64,000 nucleotides of DNA from Anaeromyxobacteraceae bacterium (GCA_047602405.1 JASGHJ010000002.1:2528001-2592000), one strand, 5' to 3'. Shown: positions 19,005 to 30,460, counted from the first letter of the stretch. A program made the numbers and translations. The notes: generated by a model not told the origin, from the letters alone.

Positions 19005-21710
19005 CGGATCCCTCCTGGCGGTGTCGTCCGCGGTGCCCGTCAGCATCGCACGATGCGCGCTGAGCTTGCTCATCTTTTCGACGAGCTCATCCGCCCGGGC
19101 CCTGTCCTTCTCCACGACCTCCGGCGGCGCCTTCGCGACGAACCCCGGGTTGTCGAGGCGCTTCCTCAGCCCCGCGAGGTCCGCCTCGATCTTCTCGATT
19201 TCCTTCGTGATCCTGGCCCCTTCGGCGGCGAGATCGATCGCACCCGCGAGGCCGACGCGCAGCTCGAAGAGGCTGCCGACCGCGACGGCGGACGCGGGAC
19301 GCCTCGACGGGGGACCCGCGACGATCCGCACCTTCGCGTTCGCGAGCCGCTCGATGCGCGCGAGCTCTTCACGCACCGTGGCCGACGACGCCGGGTCGAG
19401 CGCGCCGACCTCGACGTCCTCGAGCGCCACCTTGTAGGGGACGTTCATCTCGCCGCGGACGTTCCGGATCGCGTCGACGACGCCGATGATCGCCCCGAAG
19501 CCGCGCTCGGCCCCCTCGTCGACCGCCCCCTTCGCGGGGTAGGCGGCGGCGTAGATCGAGTCCGGCCACGCGTCGGCCTTCACCTTCCCGCGGAGCGCGT
19601 GCCACAGCTCCTCGGTGATGAAGGGCATGAACGGGTGCAGGAGCCGGAGCGCCGTCGAGAGCGCGTGCACGAGCGTCGCCCGGGCGGCCTGCTTGCGCGC
19701 GGCGTCGTCGCCGTAGAGCGCCTCCTTCGCGAGCTCGATGTACCAGTCGCACAGGTCGCCCCAGACGAACTGGTAGACCGTGGAGGCGGCGTCGTTGAAC
19801 CGGAACGCCTCGAGCGCGTCGACCGTGTCGTTCACCGCGCGCTGCGTGCGGGCGAGGATCCACCGGTCGGCGGAGGTGAGGGCCGCGCCGGCGAGCGCGC
19901 CCTCGTGGTGCTCGTACCCCTCGAGGTTCATGAGCGCGAAGCGGGTCGCGTTCCAGAGCTTGTTCGCGAACGCGCGGTAGCCCTCGATGCGGTCCTTCGC
20001 GAGCTTGATGTCGCGCCCCTGTGCGGTGAGCGCGGCGAGCGTAAAGCGCAGCGCGTCCGCGCCGTACTGCTCGGTCATGACGAGGGGATCGATGACGTTC
20101 CCCTTCGTCTTCGACATCTTCTGCCCCTTCTCGTCCCGCACCATCGGGTGCAGGTAGACGTGGCGGAAGGGGACCTCGCCCATGAAGTGGATGCCCATCA
20201 TCATCATCCGGGCGACCCAGAAGAAGATGATGTCGTGCCCGGTCTCCATGACGGAGGTCGGGTAGAACTTCGCGAGCGTGGCGGTCTTCTCCGGCCAGCC
20301 CATGGTCGAGAACGGCCACAGGCCGGAGCTGAACCAGGTGTCGAGCACGTCCTGGTCCTGCCGGAGCTCGGCCTTGCCGCAGAAGGCGCAGGCGGACGGC
20401 GTCTCCCGCGCGACGGTCACGTGGCCGTCCGGGCAGTACCACGCCGGGATCTGGTGGCCCCACCAGAGCTGGCGGCTGATGCACCAGTCGTGGATGTTGC
20501 GCATCCAGGCCATGTACGTGTTCGTCCAGGACTCCGGGACGAAGCTCGTCTTCCCCTGCTCCACCGCCTCGATCGCCGGCCGCGCGAGCGGTGCGATCTT
20601 CACGTACCACTGGTCGGAGAGGAGCGGCTCGAGCACGGTCTGCGAGCGCTGGCAGCGGCCGAGCGGGAGCACGTGCGGCTTCGTGCCCCGGTCGAGCCCC
20701 TGCTCGGCGAGGAGCGCCTTGACCTGCTTGCGCGCCTCGAAGCGCCCCACGCCGGCGAGCGGGCCCGCGGCGGCGGTCATCCGGCCGTCGAAGCCGATGA
20801 CGGTGATCATCTCGAGGCGGTGGCGCTTGCCGACCTCGAAGTCGTTGAAGTCGTGCGCCGGGGTCACCTTCACGGCGCCGGTGCCGAAGGCCGGGTCGAC
20901 CAGGATGCCGTCGGCGACGATGGGGAACTCGCGCCCGGTGAGCGGGTGGCGGACCTTCTTCCCCACGACCGCCCGGTAGCGCTCGTCGTCGGGGTGCACC
21001 GCGATCGCGGTGTCGCCCAGCATCGTCTCGGGGCGGGTGGTGGCGACGACGATCTCACCGGAGCCGTCGGCGAGCGGGTACGCGAAGCTCCACAGCTCGC
21101 CCCGGTGCGCCTCCTCGTGCTCGACCTCGAGGTCGGAGAGCGCGGTGCGGCAGTCGGGGCACCAGTTGATGAGCTTCTTCTCGCGGTAGATGAGCCCCTC
21201 CTCGTGCAGGCGCACGAAGACCTCGCGCACCGCGCGGGAGAGCCCCTCGTCCATCGTGAAGCGCTCGCGCTCCCAGTCGAGCGAGGCGCCGAGCGCCTGG
21301 TGCTGCTCGCCGATGCGGGAGCCGTACTTCTCCTTCCACTGCCAGACCCGCTTCAGGAACTCCTCGCGCCCGAGGTCGTGGCGGCTCTTCTTCTCGGTCG
21401 CCTTGAGCTCCTTCTCGACGACCATCTGGGTCGCGATGCCCGCGTGGTCGGTGCCGGGGAGCCAGAGCGTCTCGAAGCCGCTCATCCTCTTCCAGCGGAC
21501 GAGGACGTCCTGCAGGGTCGCGGTGAGCGCGTGGCCGAGGTGCAGCGAGCCCGTCACGTTGGGCGGGGGCAGCACGATCGAGAAGGGCGGCTTCCCGGAG
21601 TGCTCGTCCGCGTGGAAGTACCCCCGCTCCTGCCAGAACGGGTACCAGCGCGCCTCGACCTCGCGGTGCTCGTAGCCCTTCGCGAGCTCCGCCCGCGTCT
21701 CGTCGTTCAT
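18669..21710 (-). CDS. valS: Valine--tRNA ligase with a Lys/Ala-rich C-terminal extension
   Basis: PPPNVTGSLHLGHA (HIGH motif), KMSKT, WCISRQLWWGH, C-terminal coiled coil (LDNPGFVAKAPPEVV). Confidence 0.97.
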   Translation of the reverse strand: MNDETRAELAKGYEHREVEARWYPFWQERGYFHADEHSGKPPFSIVLPPPNVTGSLHLGHALTATLQDVLVRWKRMSGFETLWLPGTDHAGIATQMVVEKELKATEKKSRHDLGREEFLKRVWQWKEKYGSRIGEQHQALGASLDWERERFTMDEGLSRAVREVFVRLHEEGLIYREKKLINWCPDCRTALSDLEVEHEEAHRGELWSFAYPLADGSGEIVVATTRPETMLGDTAIAVHPDDERYRAVVGKKVRHPLTGREFPIVADGILVDPAFGTGAVKVTPAHDFNDFEVGKRHRLEMITVIGFDGRMTAAAGPLAGVGRFEARKQVKALLAEQGLDRGTKPHVLPLGRCQRSQTVLEPLLSDQWYVKIAPLARPAIEAVEQGKTSFVPESWTNTYMAWMRNIHDWCISRQLWWGHQIPAWYCPDGHVTVARETPSACAFCGKAELRQDQDVLDTWFSSGLWPFSTMGWPEKTATLAKFYPTSVMETGHDIIFFWVARMMMMGIHFMGEVPFRHVYLHPMVRDEKGQKMSKTKGNVIDPLVMTEQYGADALRFTLAALTAQGRDIKLAKDRIEGYRAFANKLWNATRFALMNLEGYEHHEGALAGAALTSADRWILARTQRAVNDTVDALEAFRFNDAASTVYQFVWGDLCDWYIELAKEALYGDDAARKQAARATLVHALSTALRLLHPFMPFITEELWHALRGKVKADAWPDSIYAAAYPAKGAVDEGAERGFGAIIGVVDAIRNVRGEMNVPYKVALEDVEVGALDPASSATVREELARIERLANAKVRIVAGPPSRRPASAVAVGSLFELRVGLAGAIDLAAEGARITKEIEKIEADLAGLRKRLDNPGFVAKAPPEVVEKDRARADELVEKMSKLSAHRAMLTGTADDTARRDPMENNENTNPGAPAPTSENPIVQAAQNAVAAVTDMAKNAVEAGSEAVAAVKKKIAARKPAKKAAKKAAPKKAAPKTKGARKVAKKKAAKKVARKPAARKPAKKKAARKAKKR

Positions 21711-21814
21711 GATCGTCTCCTGGGTCGACGCCGGACGGCGGCGGCGGCCCGAGTCTCGGGTTCGAAAGGGACCGTGGGCTGTGAACGTCCTCGGCGCTCG
21801 CGCCCCGGCGGTGC

Positions 21815-23254
21815 TCAGCCCTGGCGGTTCTTCACGAGCCGGTCGAGGTTCTCCCGGATGATGGTCTCCGCGAGCTGCGGGACCACCTCCCATACGATCC
21901 GCTCGATCACCTCGCGCGAGGCGCCGGTGAGCGCGGCGCGCAGGGCGGCCTCGCCGCCGTCCGCGGCGGCCGGCGCGGGCGCGGGCGCGGGCTTCGGCGC
22001 CTCCGGGGCGTGGCCGGTGGAGGCGGCGGGCGGAACGAACTCGTGCATCGGCGCGAGCTCGGCCTGCGGGCCGTCGTCGAGGCCGAGGTCGATGGCGAGC
22101 GGCTCCCTCGGCGCGGCCGCGGCCGGCGCCGCGGCCGGCGCGGGGGCGGGCCTCGGCGCGGCCGGCGGCGCCACGGCCGCGGCGACGTCGCTCCAGTCGT
22201 CGGAGTCGGCGGGCGGCGGCGGTGCGACCGGGGCCGGTGCGACCGGGGCCGGTGCGACCGGGGCCGGGGCGGGCGCAGGCGCGGGCCGCGGCGGGGCCTC
22301 GGCGCCGAGGCCGAACGGATCCCTGCGCGCGCTCGGGGCGGCCGGCGCGGGCGGCGGCGGACGGGGCGCGGGCGCGGGCGGCCGGGGCGCGCCCATCGGC
22401 GGCATGCCGGGCTGGGGCATCGCCGGCCGTGGCGCCATGCCGGGCGCGGGCGCGCCGGGTGGGCGGGCGCCGGGCGGCATCCCCGGCGGCGGGCGGGCGC
22501 CCGGAGGCATCGCCCCCGGAGGCATCGGGGGACGCGCGCCGGGCGGCATCGGGGGCCGCGCGCCCGGAGGCATCGCGCCGGGCGGCATCGCTCCGGGAGG
22601 CATCGGCGGACGGGCGCCTGGGGGCATCGCGCCCGGAGGCATGCCCGGCGGGCGCGCGCCGGGCGGCATCCCGGGCGGCGGGCGGGCACCCGGCGGCATC
22701 GCGCCGGGAGGTGGCATGGCGCCCGGGGGCCGGGCGACCGGCATGTTCGGGTTCGAGGGCGGGCGCAGGCCAGGCGGCGGGGCGGCGGGGCGCGGCGCGG
22801 CGGCGGGTGCGGCCGGGGCCTGCGGCATCGGCATGTTCGGCCGCGGCGCGGGGCGGGCCATGCCGGGCGCGGGCGCCGGCGCGGGCTTGCCCGTGACGAG
22901 CTCGTTCACCTTGTCGATGAGCGCCTGGCTCTCGAAGGGCTTGCCGATGTGGCCGTCCGCCTTCGCGGCGCGCGCGCGGCTCTCGTCGAACGCCTCGAAC
23001 GTGCCGGAGAGGAGGAGGACAGGGATCTTCGCGAGCGCCGGGTCGGCCTTCACCGCCTCGCAGACCTCGTAGCCGTTCCGCCTCGGCATGACGACGTCGG
23101 CGAGGATGACGTCGGGCCTGAGCTCCCGCGCCTTCGCGATGGCGTCCTCGCCGTTGTCGACGGACGTGACCTTGTAGTCCTCGTTCGCGAACGTGATCCC
23201 CACCACCTTCTGGATGGTGATGGAGTCGTCGGCGAGGAGCAGGTTCTTGGGCAT
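21815..23254 (-). CDS. romR: RomR polarity response regulator (receiver, Pro-rich linker, conserved C-terminal helix)
   Basis: MPKNLLLADDSITIQKVV receiver, PPGA repeats, ASREVIERIVWEVVPQLAETIIRE; adjacent to valS. Confidence 0.9.
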   Translation of the reverse strand: MPKNLLLADDSITIQKVVGITFANEDYKVTSVDNGEDAIAKARELRPDVILADVVMPRRNGYEVCEAVKADPALAKIPVLLLSGTFEAFDESRARAAKADGHIGKPFESQALIDKVNELVTGKPAPAPAPGMARPAPRPNMPMPQAPAAPAAAPRPAAPPPGLRPPSNPNMPVARPPGAMPPPGAMPPGARPPPGMPPGARPPGMPPGAMPPGARPPMPPGAMPPGAMPPGARPPMPPGARPPMPPGAMPPGARPPPGMPPGARPPGAPAPGMAPRPAMPQPGMPPMGAPRPPAPAPRPPPPAPAAPSARRDPFGLGAEAPPRPAPAPAPAPVAPAPVAPAPVAPPPPADSDDWSDVAAAVAPPAAPRPAPAPAAAPAAAAPREPLAIDLGLDDGPQAELAPMHEFVPPAASTGHAPEAPKPAPAPAPAAADGGEAALRAALTGASREVIERIVWEVVPQLAETIIRENLDRLVKNRQG

Positions 23255-23359
23255 GGTGGACGTCCGTGAGCTCTCGGTTCCTGAACCGTTACGAAGTACC
23301 CCCGCCCCGAAGCTCATGTCAACAAATGCGCGGGTTTGTGGCCGATCCGCCCTCTCCCC

Positions 23360-24172
23360 TCATGCGCCGAAGAGCGCATCCCACGGAGGCCGCAGGACCT
23401 CGGCGTCACCCTCCGCGAGGCCGAGGACGCGGTCCGCCACCACCCCCACCCCGGTGCCGCCGGCGTCGATGAGGAGGACCGTCCTCGGCGTGCCGGTCGA
23501 GCCGGGCCGGCCCGGCTCCACGATGTCGAACGGGGGCGCGTCGCCGTAGAGCACCCCGACGTCGATGACGGCGTGCAGCGCGCGGGCGTGGTGCAGGAGC
23601 CCGCGGTGGTGGTGCGGCGTGAGCGGGACCGGCGCGAGGCGGGGGTTCTCGAGCACCTGCACGAGCAGCGAGAGCGGCACGCCGAACACGCGCCCGGCCC
23701 GCGCGAAGCGCAGCTCCCGGTCGGGCACGAGCCCGAGGTCCGGCGGCGGCTCCGCCGTGGGCTCGTCGGCCGGCGCGATGGGCGCGAAGCCGAGCGAGGA
23801 GACCGCGAGCTCGAGCGCGATCTCGCCCTTCACCACCATCACGCCCGCGAAGGGCGCGGGCTGGGGGAGCGGGGTCGGCGCGGGCAGCTGGAAGAACGCG
23901 ACGTCGGTGAGGTCGGAGATGCCGTGGACGGCGTCCACCCGGAGCGCGACCGGGGGCGTACCCTCGGTTAGGAGCGCGAAGCCGGAGGGGCCGGCCGGGA
24001 GCCCGAGCACCGTCGAGACGAACGCGGTCTCCACGCGCTCGCCGCGCGAGTGGACCTCCCCCTCCCCGGGGGCGACCGCGGCGATCTCCCGGACGTGCGA
24101 GAGCCGGAGCGCGAAGCGCACACCGCCCGCCGAGAAGACGACGACCTTTCGCTCGGCGGGGAGGGAGGGCAC
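23360..24172 (-). CDS. Protein with two CheW-like domains
   Basis: VVFSAGGVRFALRLSHVREI and FGVPLSLLVQVLE...PVPLTP...VGVVADRVLG. Confidence 0.75.
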   Translation of the reverse strand: MPSLPAERKVVVFSAGGVRFALRLSHVREIAAVAPGEGEVHSRGERVETAFVSTVLGLPAGPSGFALLTEGTPPVALRVDAVHGISDLTDVAFFQLPAPTPLPQPAPFAGVMVVKGEIALELAVSSLGFAPIAPADEPTAEPPPDLGLVPDRELRFARAGRVFGVPLSLLVQVLENPRLAPVPLTPHHHRGLLHHARALHAVIDVGVLYGDAPPFDIVEPGRPGSTGTPRTVLLIDAGGTGVGVVADRVLGLAEGDAEVLRPPWDALFGA

Positions 24173-24195
24173 GGGCGCATGATATACAGGTCTCG

Positions 24196-25590
24196 ATGGG
24201 CTCGGCCGTCCTCCTCGTCGACGACGAGCGGTTCGCGCGCACGGTCTACTCGGACTACCTGCGCAGCGCCGGCCATGAGGTCGAGGTCGCGGAGGGCTTC
24301 GAGTCGGCCCTCGTCCTCCTCGCCACCCGCAAGTTCGACGTCCTCCTCACCGACGTGATCCTGCCGGGGTCCCGCGACGGCCTGGCCCTCATGGACGCCG
24401 CGAAGGGGCTCGACCCGAACATCGGCGTCATCGTCATCACCGCCCTCGACAAGGTCGATCCGGCGGTGCGCGCGATGAGGAGCGGCGCCAGCGACTACCT
24501 CGTGAAGCCGGTGACGCCGGAGGCCCTCCAGCTCGCGGTGCAGCGCTGCCTCGCGACGCGGGCGCTCCTCGCCGAGAACCAGGTCCTGCGCTCCCACCTC
24601 AAGCTCTTCGAGGCCGGCCAGCGCATCGCCTCCTCGCTCGAGCGCGAGCACCTCGTCCCCACGGCCCTCGCCGCGGTCGCGCAGGAGCTCGAGGCCCCGG
24701 CCGCGGCGCTCTTCGAGCGCACCGCGGAGGGGGCCTGGCTCCCGACCGGCGCCCACGGGATGGCGGGCGACGAGCCGAAGGAGCTGCTCGAGCGCTGCCA
24801 CGCCACGCTCGACGGGCTCGACGCCTTCGGCGCGGCGCTCACCGCCGTGCGCCTGCCCGGCTCGACCGAGCGGGGCGCGAACCACGCGGCGCTCCTCACG
24901 GTCGTGAACGAGGGGGCGCTCCTCGGCGCGGTCGCGGTGAAGGTCTCCGGCGAGAGCCGGCCGGACGCCGCGATGGGCGCGGCGTTCCTGTGCCGCCACC
25001 TCGCGCTCGCGCTCGCGAACCTCGGCCGCCTGCAGCAGGTCGAGAACCTCGCCTACCTCGACGACCTCACCCACCTCTACAACGTCCGCTACCTCGACCT
25101 CGCGCTCGATCGCGCCATCTCCGGCAACCGGCCCTTCACGGTCCTGTTCATGGACCTCGACCGGTTCAAGTCGGTGAACGACCAGCACGGCCACCTGTCG
25201 GGCTCGACGCTCCTCGTGGAGGTGGCGCGGGTGCTCCGCAGCTGCGTGCGCGACGAGGACGTGGTCGTGCGCTACGGCGGCGACGAATACGTCACGCTGC
25301 TCGACGGCATCGACTCGGGCGGCGGCCTCAAGGTCGCCGAGCGCATCCGGCGCGCCATCGAGGACCACCGGTACCTGTCGCGGGAGGGCGCGCGGGTCCG
25401 CGTCACCGCGTCCATCGGCCTCGCGAGCTGGCCGGAGCACGCCTCCGGCAAGCGGGAGATCCTCGACCTCGCCGACCGCGCGATGTACCGGGGCAAGCGC
25501 ACCACCCGGAACGTCGTCTACATGGCGAGCCACGACCTGCCGCCGGTGCCGCCGGGCGAGCGGGACGGCGGCATCCTGCCGCAGCCGTGA
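24196..25590 (+). CDS. Response regulator diguanylate cyclase (REC, GAF-like, GGDEF)
   Basis: N-terminal receiver; DDLTHLYN, DLDRFKSVND, RxxD I-site (RDED), RYGGDEY. Confidence 0.92.
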   Translation: MGSAVLLVDDERFARTVYSDYLRSAGHEVEVAEGFESALVLLATRKFDVLLTDVILPGSRDGLALMDAAKGLDPNIGVIVITALDKVDPAVRAMRSGASDYLVKPVTPEALQLAVQRCLATRALLAENQVLRSHLKLFEAGQRIASSLEREHLVPTALAAVAQELEAPAAALFERTAEGAWLPTGAHGMAGDEPKELLERCHATLDGLDAFGAALTAVRLPGSTERGANHAALLTVVNEGALLGAVAVKVSGESRPDAAMGAAFLCRHLALALANLGRLQQVENLAYLDDLTHLYNVRYLDLALDRAISGNRPFTVLFMDLDRFKSVNDQHGHLSGSTLLVEVARVLRSCVRDEDVVVRYGGDEYVTLLDGIDSGGGLKVAERIRRAIEDHRYLSREGARVRVTASIGLASWPEHASGKREILDLADRAMYRGKRTTRNVVYMASHDLPPVPPGERDGGILPQP

Positions 25591-25608
25591 CGACCTGACG
25601 GAGCCCGG

Positions 25609-25649
25609 AAAAGCGTGGGGCCAGGACCCGTTGTAGGTCCTGGCCCCAC
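25609..25649 (-). terminator. Intrinsic terminator, 14-bp stem with U-tail on the minus strand
   Basis: GTGGGGCCAGGACC / GGTCCTGGCCCCAC stem; AAAA at 25609-25612 on plus. Confidence 0.7.
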
Positions 25650-25745
25650 TGACGACGACACCCGGGTTCCGCCCTTCAGAGCACGTAGTAGCGGTTGCCC
25701 TCGTCACCGGAGGCGGCTTCTCCGACCCGCCCGCCGTATGGGATC
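25609..25745 (-). ncRNA. Candidate sRNA or structured groEL 3' UTR
   Basis: Non-coding structured segment between a TTGACC box with overlapping palindrome and a terminator. Confidence 0.3.
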
Positions 25746-25825
25746 TACCTAACCTGCGGACATGGATCGGTCAATGACGAGTTGCGTCATCGAGAGATCC
25801 CCGGAGGTTAGGCCGATCGATCTCC

Positions 25826-27578
<1,753 letters not shown>

Positions 27579-27635
27579 GCGGCCCCGGGTCGGGAGCGGC
27601 TTGACCGTCCCCGCGTTCGGGCGTCTCGTCACGGC

Positions 27636-28712
27636 ATGCCGGGTGACGATCACAGGCCGGAGGACGAGGTCGAGAAGCTGCTCGAGGCCTCCGCGGCCGC
27701 GTTCGAGGCGGGCGAGCTCGAGGAGGCGCTCGCGCGCGCCGAGGACGCGCTCGCCCTCGAACCCCGCTCGGTCGCCGCGCTCCACCACCGCGCCGCCGCC
27801 CTCGCCGAGCTCGGCCAGATCGAGGAGGCCCAGGCCGCCTACGAGAAGGCGCTCGTCCCGGGGAAGGACGACCCGGAGCTCCTGCTCGGCGCCGCCGACT
27901 TCCTCGTGAACGTGCAGGCGGGCGACGACGACGCCGGCGACCCGGACCGCCTCGAGCGCGCCCTCGAGCTCGCGCGCAAGGGCGGCAAGCTCGCCACGAA
28001 GGCCGGGGACCACCCGCTCGCCGGCGAGCTCGCCATCGTGCAGGCGGCCGCGCTGAACCAGCTCGGGCGGAACGCCGAGGCGCTCGAGCGGCTCCTCCGC
28101 GGCGACGAGACGTCCCCCGACACGTGGCTCGAGCGCGCCGCCGCGCTCTTCGAGCTCTGCCGCTTCGACGAGGCGCGCGGCGCCGCCGAGCGCGCCGAGG
28201 CGCTCGCCCCCGAGGCCGGGTGGGCTCAGCACCTGCTCGGCCTCCTCGCCGAGCGCCGCGGCGACGAGGCGGAGGCGAAGCGGCGCTTCCGCCGCGCGCG
28301 CGACCTCGACCCGGACGCGTTCCCGCTCGCCATCGGGCTCTCGCACAAGGAGTTCGAGCGCGTCGTCGAGGAGGCGCTCGAGGAGATCCCGGAGGAGGTC
28401 CGCCGCTACCTCGCGAACGTGCCGATCACCGTCGAGGACCTCCCCGCCGACCACGACCTCCTCGGCGCCGACCCGCCGCTCTCGCCCGGCATCCTCGGGC
28501 TGTTCCGCGGCGCACCCTACGGCGCGAAGGCCGCCATCGGCGATCCGTGGAGCCACCTCCCCTCCTCGATCGCGCTCTACCAGCGGAACCTCGAGCGCTA
28601 CGCCCGCGACCGAGACGAGCTCATCCAGGAGATCGGCGTCACGCTCGTCCACGAGGTCGGCCACTTCCTCGGCCTCGACGAGGACGAGCTGTGGGAGCGG
28701 GGGCTGGGGTAG
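27636..28712 (+). CDS. TPR protein with C-terminal zincin-like metallopeptidase domain
   Basis: TPR repeats, ILGLFRG, HEVGHFLG (HExxH). Confidence 0.85.
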   Translation: MPGDDHRPEDEVEKLLEASAAAFEAGELEEALARAEDALALEPRSVAALHHRAAALAELGQIEEAQAAYEKALVPGKDDPELLLGAADFLVNVQAGDDDAGDPDRLERALELARKGGKLATKAGDHPLAGELAIVQAAALNQLGRNAEALERLLRGDETSPDTWLERAAALFELCRFDEARGAAERAEALAPEAGWAQHLLGLLAERRGDEAEAKRRFRRARDLDPDAFPLAIGLSHKEFERVVEEALEEIPEEVRRYLANVPITVEDLPADHDLLGADPPLSPGILGLFRGAPYGAKAAIGDPWSHLPSSIALYQRNLERYARDRDELIQEIGVTLVHEVGHFLGLDEDELWERGLG

Positions 28713-28733
28713 GCACCGGCGCCGAACGACAAA

Positions 28734-28805
28734 CCCCTCCCCTCGCTGGGGCGAGGAGAGGGGCGGGAGCAAGCTGCCGGGGAGGGGTGCGCCGAGCACC
28801 CCTCC
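28734..28805. terminator. Two GC-rich hairpins between convergent genes
   Basis: CCCCTCCCCTCGC / GCGAGGAGAGGGG and GGAGGGGTGC / GCACCCCTCC. Confidence 0.5.
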
Positions 28806-28811
28806 AGCAAG

Positions 28812-30314
28812 TCAGTTGTCGAGCTCCGCCTCGTCGGCCGGGGCCGAGGTCGAGTCGGGGTACGGGCGCCAGCGGGCCTTCACGATGGTCGTGCCGGGGG
28901 TCACGGCCGCGAGGAAGGCCTCGAGGGTCATGCCGCCCTCGGCGAGGTCGTTGAGCGAGGCCTTCGAGAGGTCGACCACGATGCCCGCGATGGTGACCGA
29001 GGACGCCGTCTTCGCCGTCACGAGGCCGCGGAGGAAGGCGCGATTGGCGGGCTTGAAGTCCTTGAGCTCGAAGCGGGTCGCGTTGACCGCGGTGCCGTCC
29101 TTCGACATCGTGCCGCGGACCTCGACGGCGGTGCCGACCGTGGCGGCGGCGACGCCGAGGCCCTGGGTGGACGGGGTCACGTTCACCTTGAGGCCGAGGA
29201 CGGTGATGGTGCCGGCCGTCTCGTCCCTCGCCTCGACGTTCGCCTCGATGCGGACCGACGCCTTGAACTGGATCTTCGAGGCCGCGAGCACGCCATCCTG
29301 GCCGACCGCGCCCTCGACCTCGACCTTCACGCCCTCCACGAGGTCGTCCGCCGTGCCGCCCACGTAGCTCGTGCTCGCCGAGTACGAGACCTTGGTGTCG
29401 CCGATGCTGAAGCCGGTGAGGGTGAGGTTCGTGACGATGCCCTCGACCTCGTGCTCGCCCTGGTGCTCGGACTCGTCCTCGCGCTCGTCCTCCTGCTTCA
29501 CGGAGAGGGCGAACAGCGCGCCGGCGTCGTTCTTCGACCCGTCGGTCTTCACCTCGAGGAAGTCGTCGACGGCGATGACCGGGGCGGGCGTGATCTTCGA
29601 GACGTCGATCGCGAGCTCGGACGTGCCGCCCTTCGAGAAGGAGAGGTCGACGGTGGTGCCGCTCACGGCCACGACCCAGCCCTTCACCTCCTGGTCCTCG
29701 CCCTGCCGGTCGTCGCGGACGCGGACCATCGTGGCCGAGAGGCCGCCCTTGCCGTCGCCGTGGCCGGAGACCTCGACGCGGGTGCCGGCCGTGAGCGAGG
29801 TCCTGTCGACCTTGTCGCCGTGACGGTCGACGACGTTCGTGTCGTCGTCCATCGAGACGTGGTGGCCCAGGACGTCGAGCGAGTTCGCGTCGTGCGCCTC
29901 GACCTCGCCCTCGACCTCGTGCTCGAACTCGACCTCGGCGGCCTCGGCCTCGCCGCCGGAGGAGCCTTCGGAGAGCGCGCCCGCGGCGGTGCCGGCGGCG
30001 CGGACGGTCACGATCATGCCGGTGACGAGGTACTTCGAGAGATCGGCGTTCGAGGCGAGGGTGACGGAGGCGACCGCCTCGTCCGGCATCGAGAGCCTCG
30101 CGCCGGCGACGCGGTAGGTGGTGCCGTTCACGGTGAAGCCGGCGGCGGTGATGGCGGAGATGGCGCCGCGGGAGGTGGGGCCGGTGGCGGCCGGGCCGTT
30201 GCCGTCGCCCTTCGGGCCGGCGGAGCCGCCGCAGGCGGCGACGAAGGAGGAGGCGACGAGGGCGAGGAGCAGCTTCGAGAGGGTGTTCCTGGAGGGCTGC
30301 GTCTTGGAGATCAT
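28812..30314 (-). CDS. Lipoprotein with multiple DUF5666-like beta repeats
   Basis: Lipobox VAAC; repeated G.V......VEV.G...A..I units. Confidence 0.8.
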   Translation of the reverse strand: MISKTQPSRNTLSKLLLALVASSFVAACGGSAGPKGDGNGPAATGPTSRGAISAITAAGFTVNGTTYRVAGARLSMPDEAVASVTLASNADLSKYLVTGMIVTVRAAGTAAGALSEGSSGGEAEAAEVEFEHEVEGEVEAHDANSLDVLGHHVSMDDDTNVVDRHGDKVDRTSLTAGTRVEVSGHGDGKGGLSATMVRVRDDRQGEDQEVKGWVVAVSGTTVDLSFSKGGTSELAIDVSKITPAPVIAVDDFLEVKTDGSKNDAGALFALSVKQEDEREDESEHQGEHEVEGIVTNLTLTGFSIGDTKVSYSASTSYVGGTADDLVEGVKVEVEGAVGQDGVLAASKIQFKASVRIEANVEARDETAGTITVLGLKVNVTPSTQGLGVAAATVGTAVEVRGTMSKDGTAVNATRFELKDFKPANRAFLRGLVTAKTASSVTIAGIVVDLSKASLNDLAEGGMTLEAFLAAVTPGTTIVKARWRPYPDSTSAPADEAELDN

Positions 30315-30341
30315 GGGTGGGTCCGTCCTTTCAGCCGGGAC

Positions 30342-30368
30342 ACACCGATCGCTGCGGCGATGCGACAC
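30342..30368 (-). promoter_or_regulatory. Candidate ECF promoter GTGTCGCA-N13-CGGTGT facing the DUF5666 gene
   Basis: Same bipartite motif and spacing as 30461-30487. Confidence 0.55.
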
Positions 30369-30460
30369 GCCTCCGAAGGGGCGTCTTTTCGAACCGTGGC
30401 CGCGCCCATCTGCGAGAGAATGAGGTGCGGAGAAGAGGTCGTGCCGTGTGCGACACGGGG

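Noticed and set aside
22200..22760. DNA tandem repeats as a mobile or regulatory element
   Set aside because: They encode the Pro-rich RomR linker
19053..23072. Very long antisense or alternative-frame ORFs (1339 aa here; also 36745-41313, 38231-41587, 31617-34784)
   Set aside because: Shadow ORFs expected at this GC content; they overlap well-supported genes and have low-complexity R/G/A/P composition without motifs
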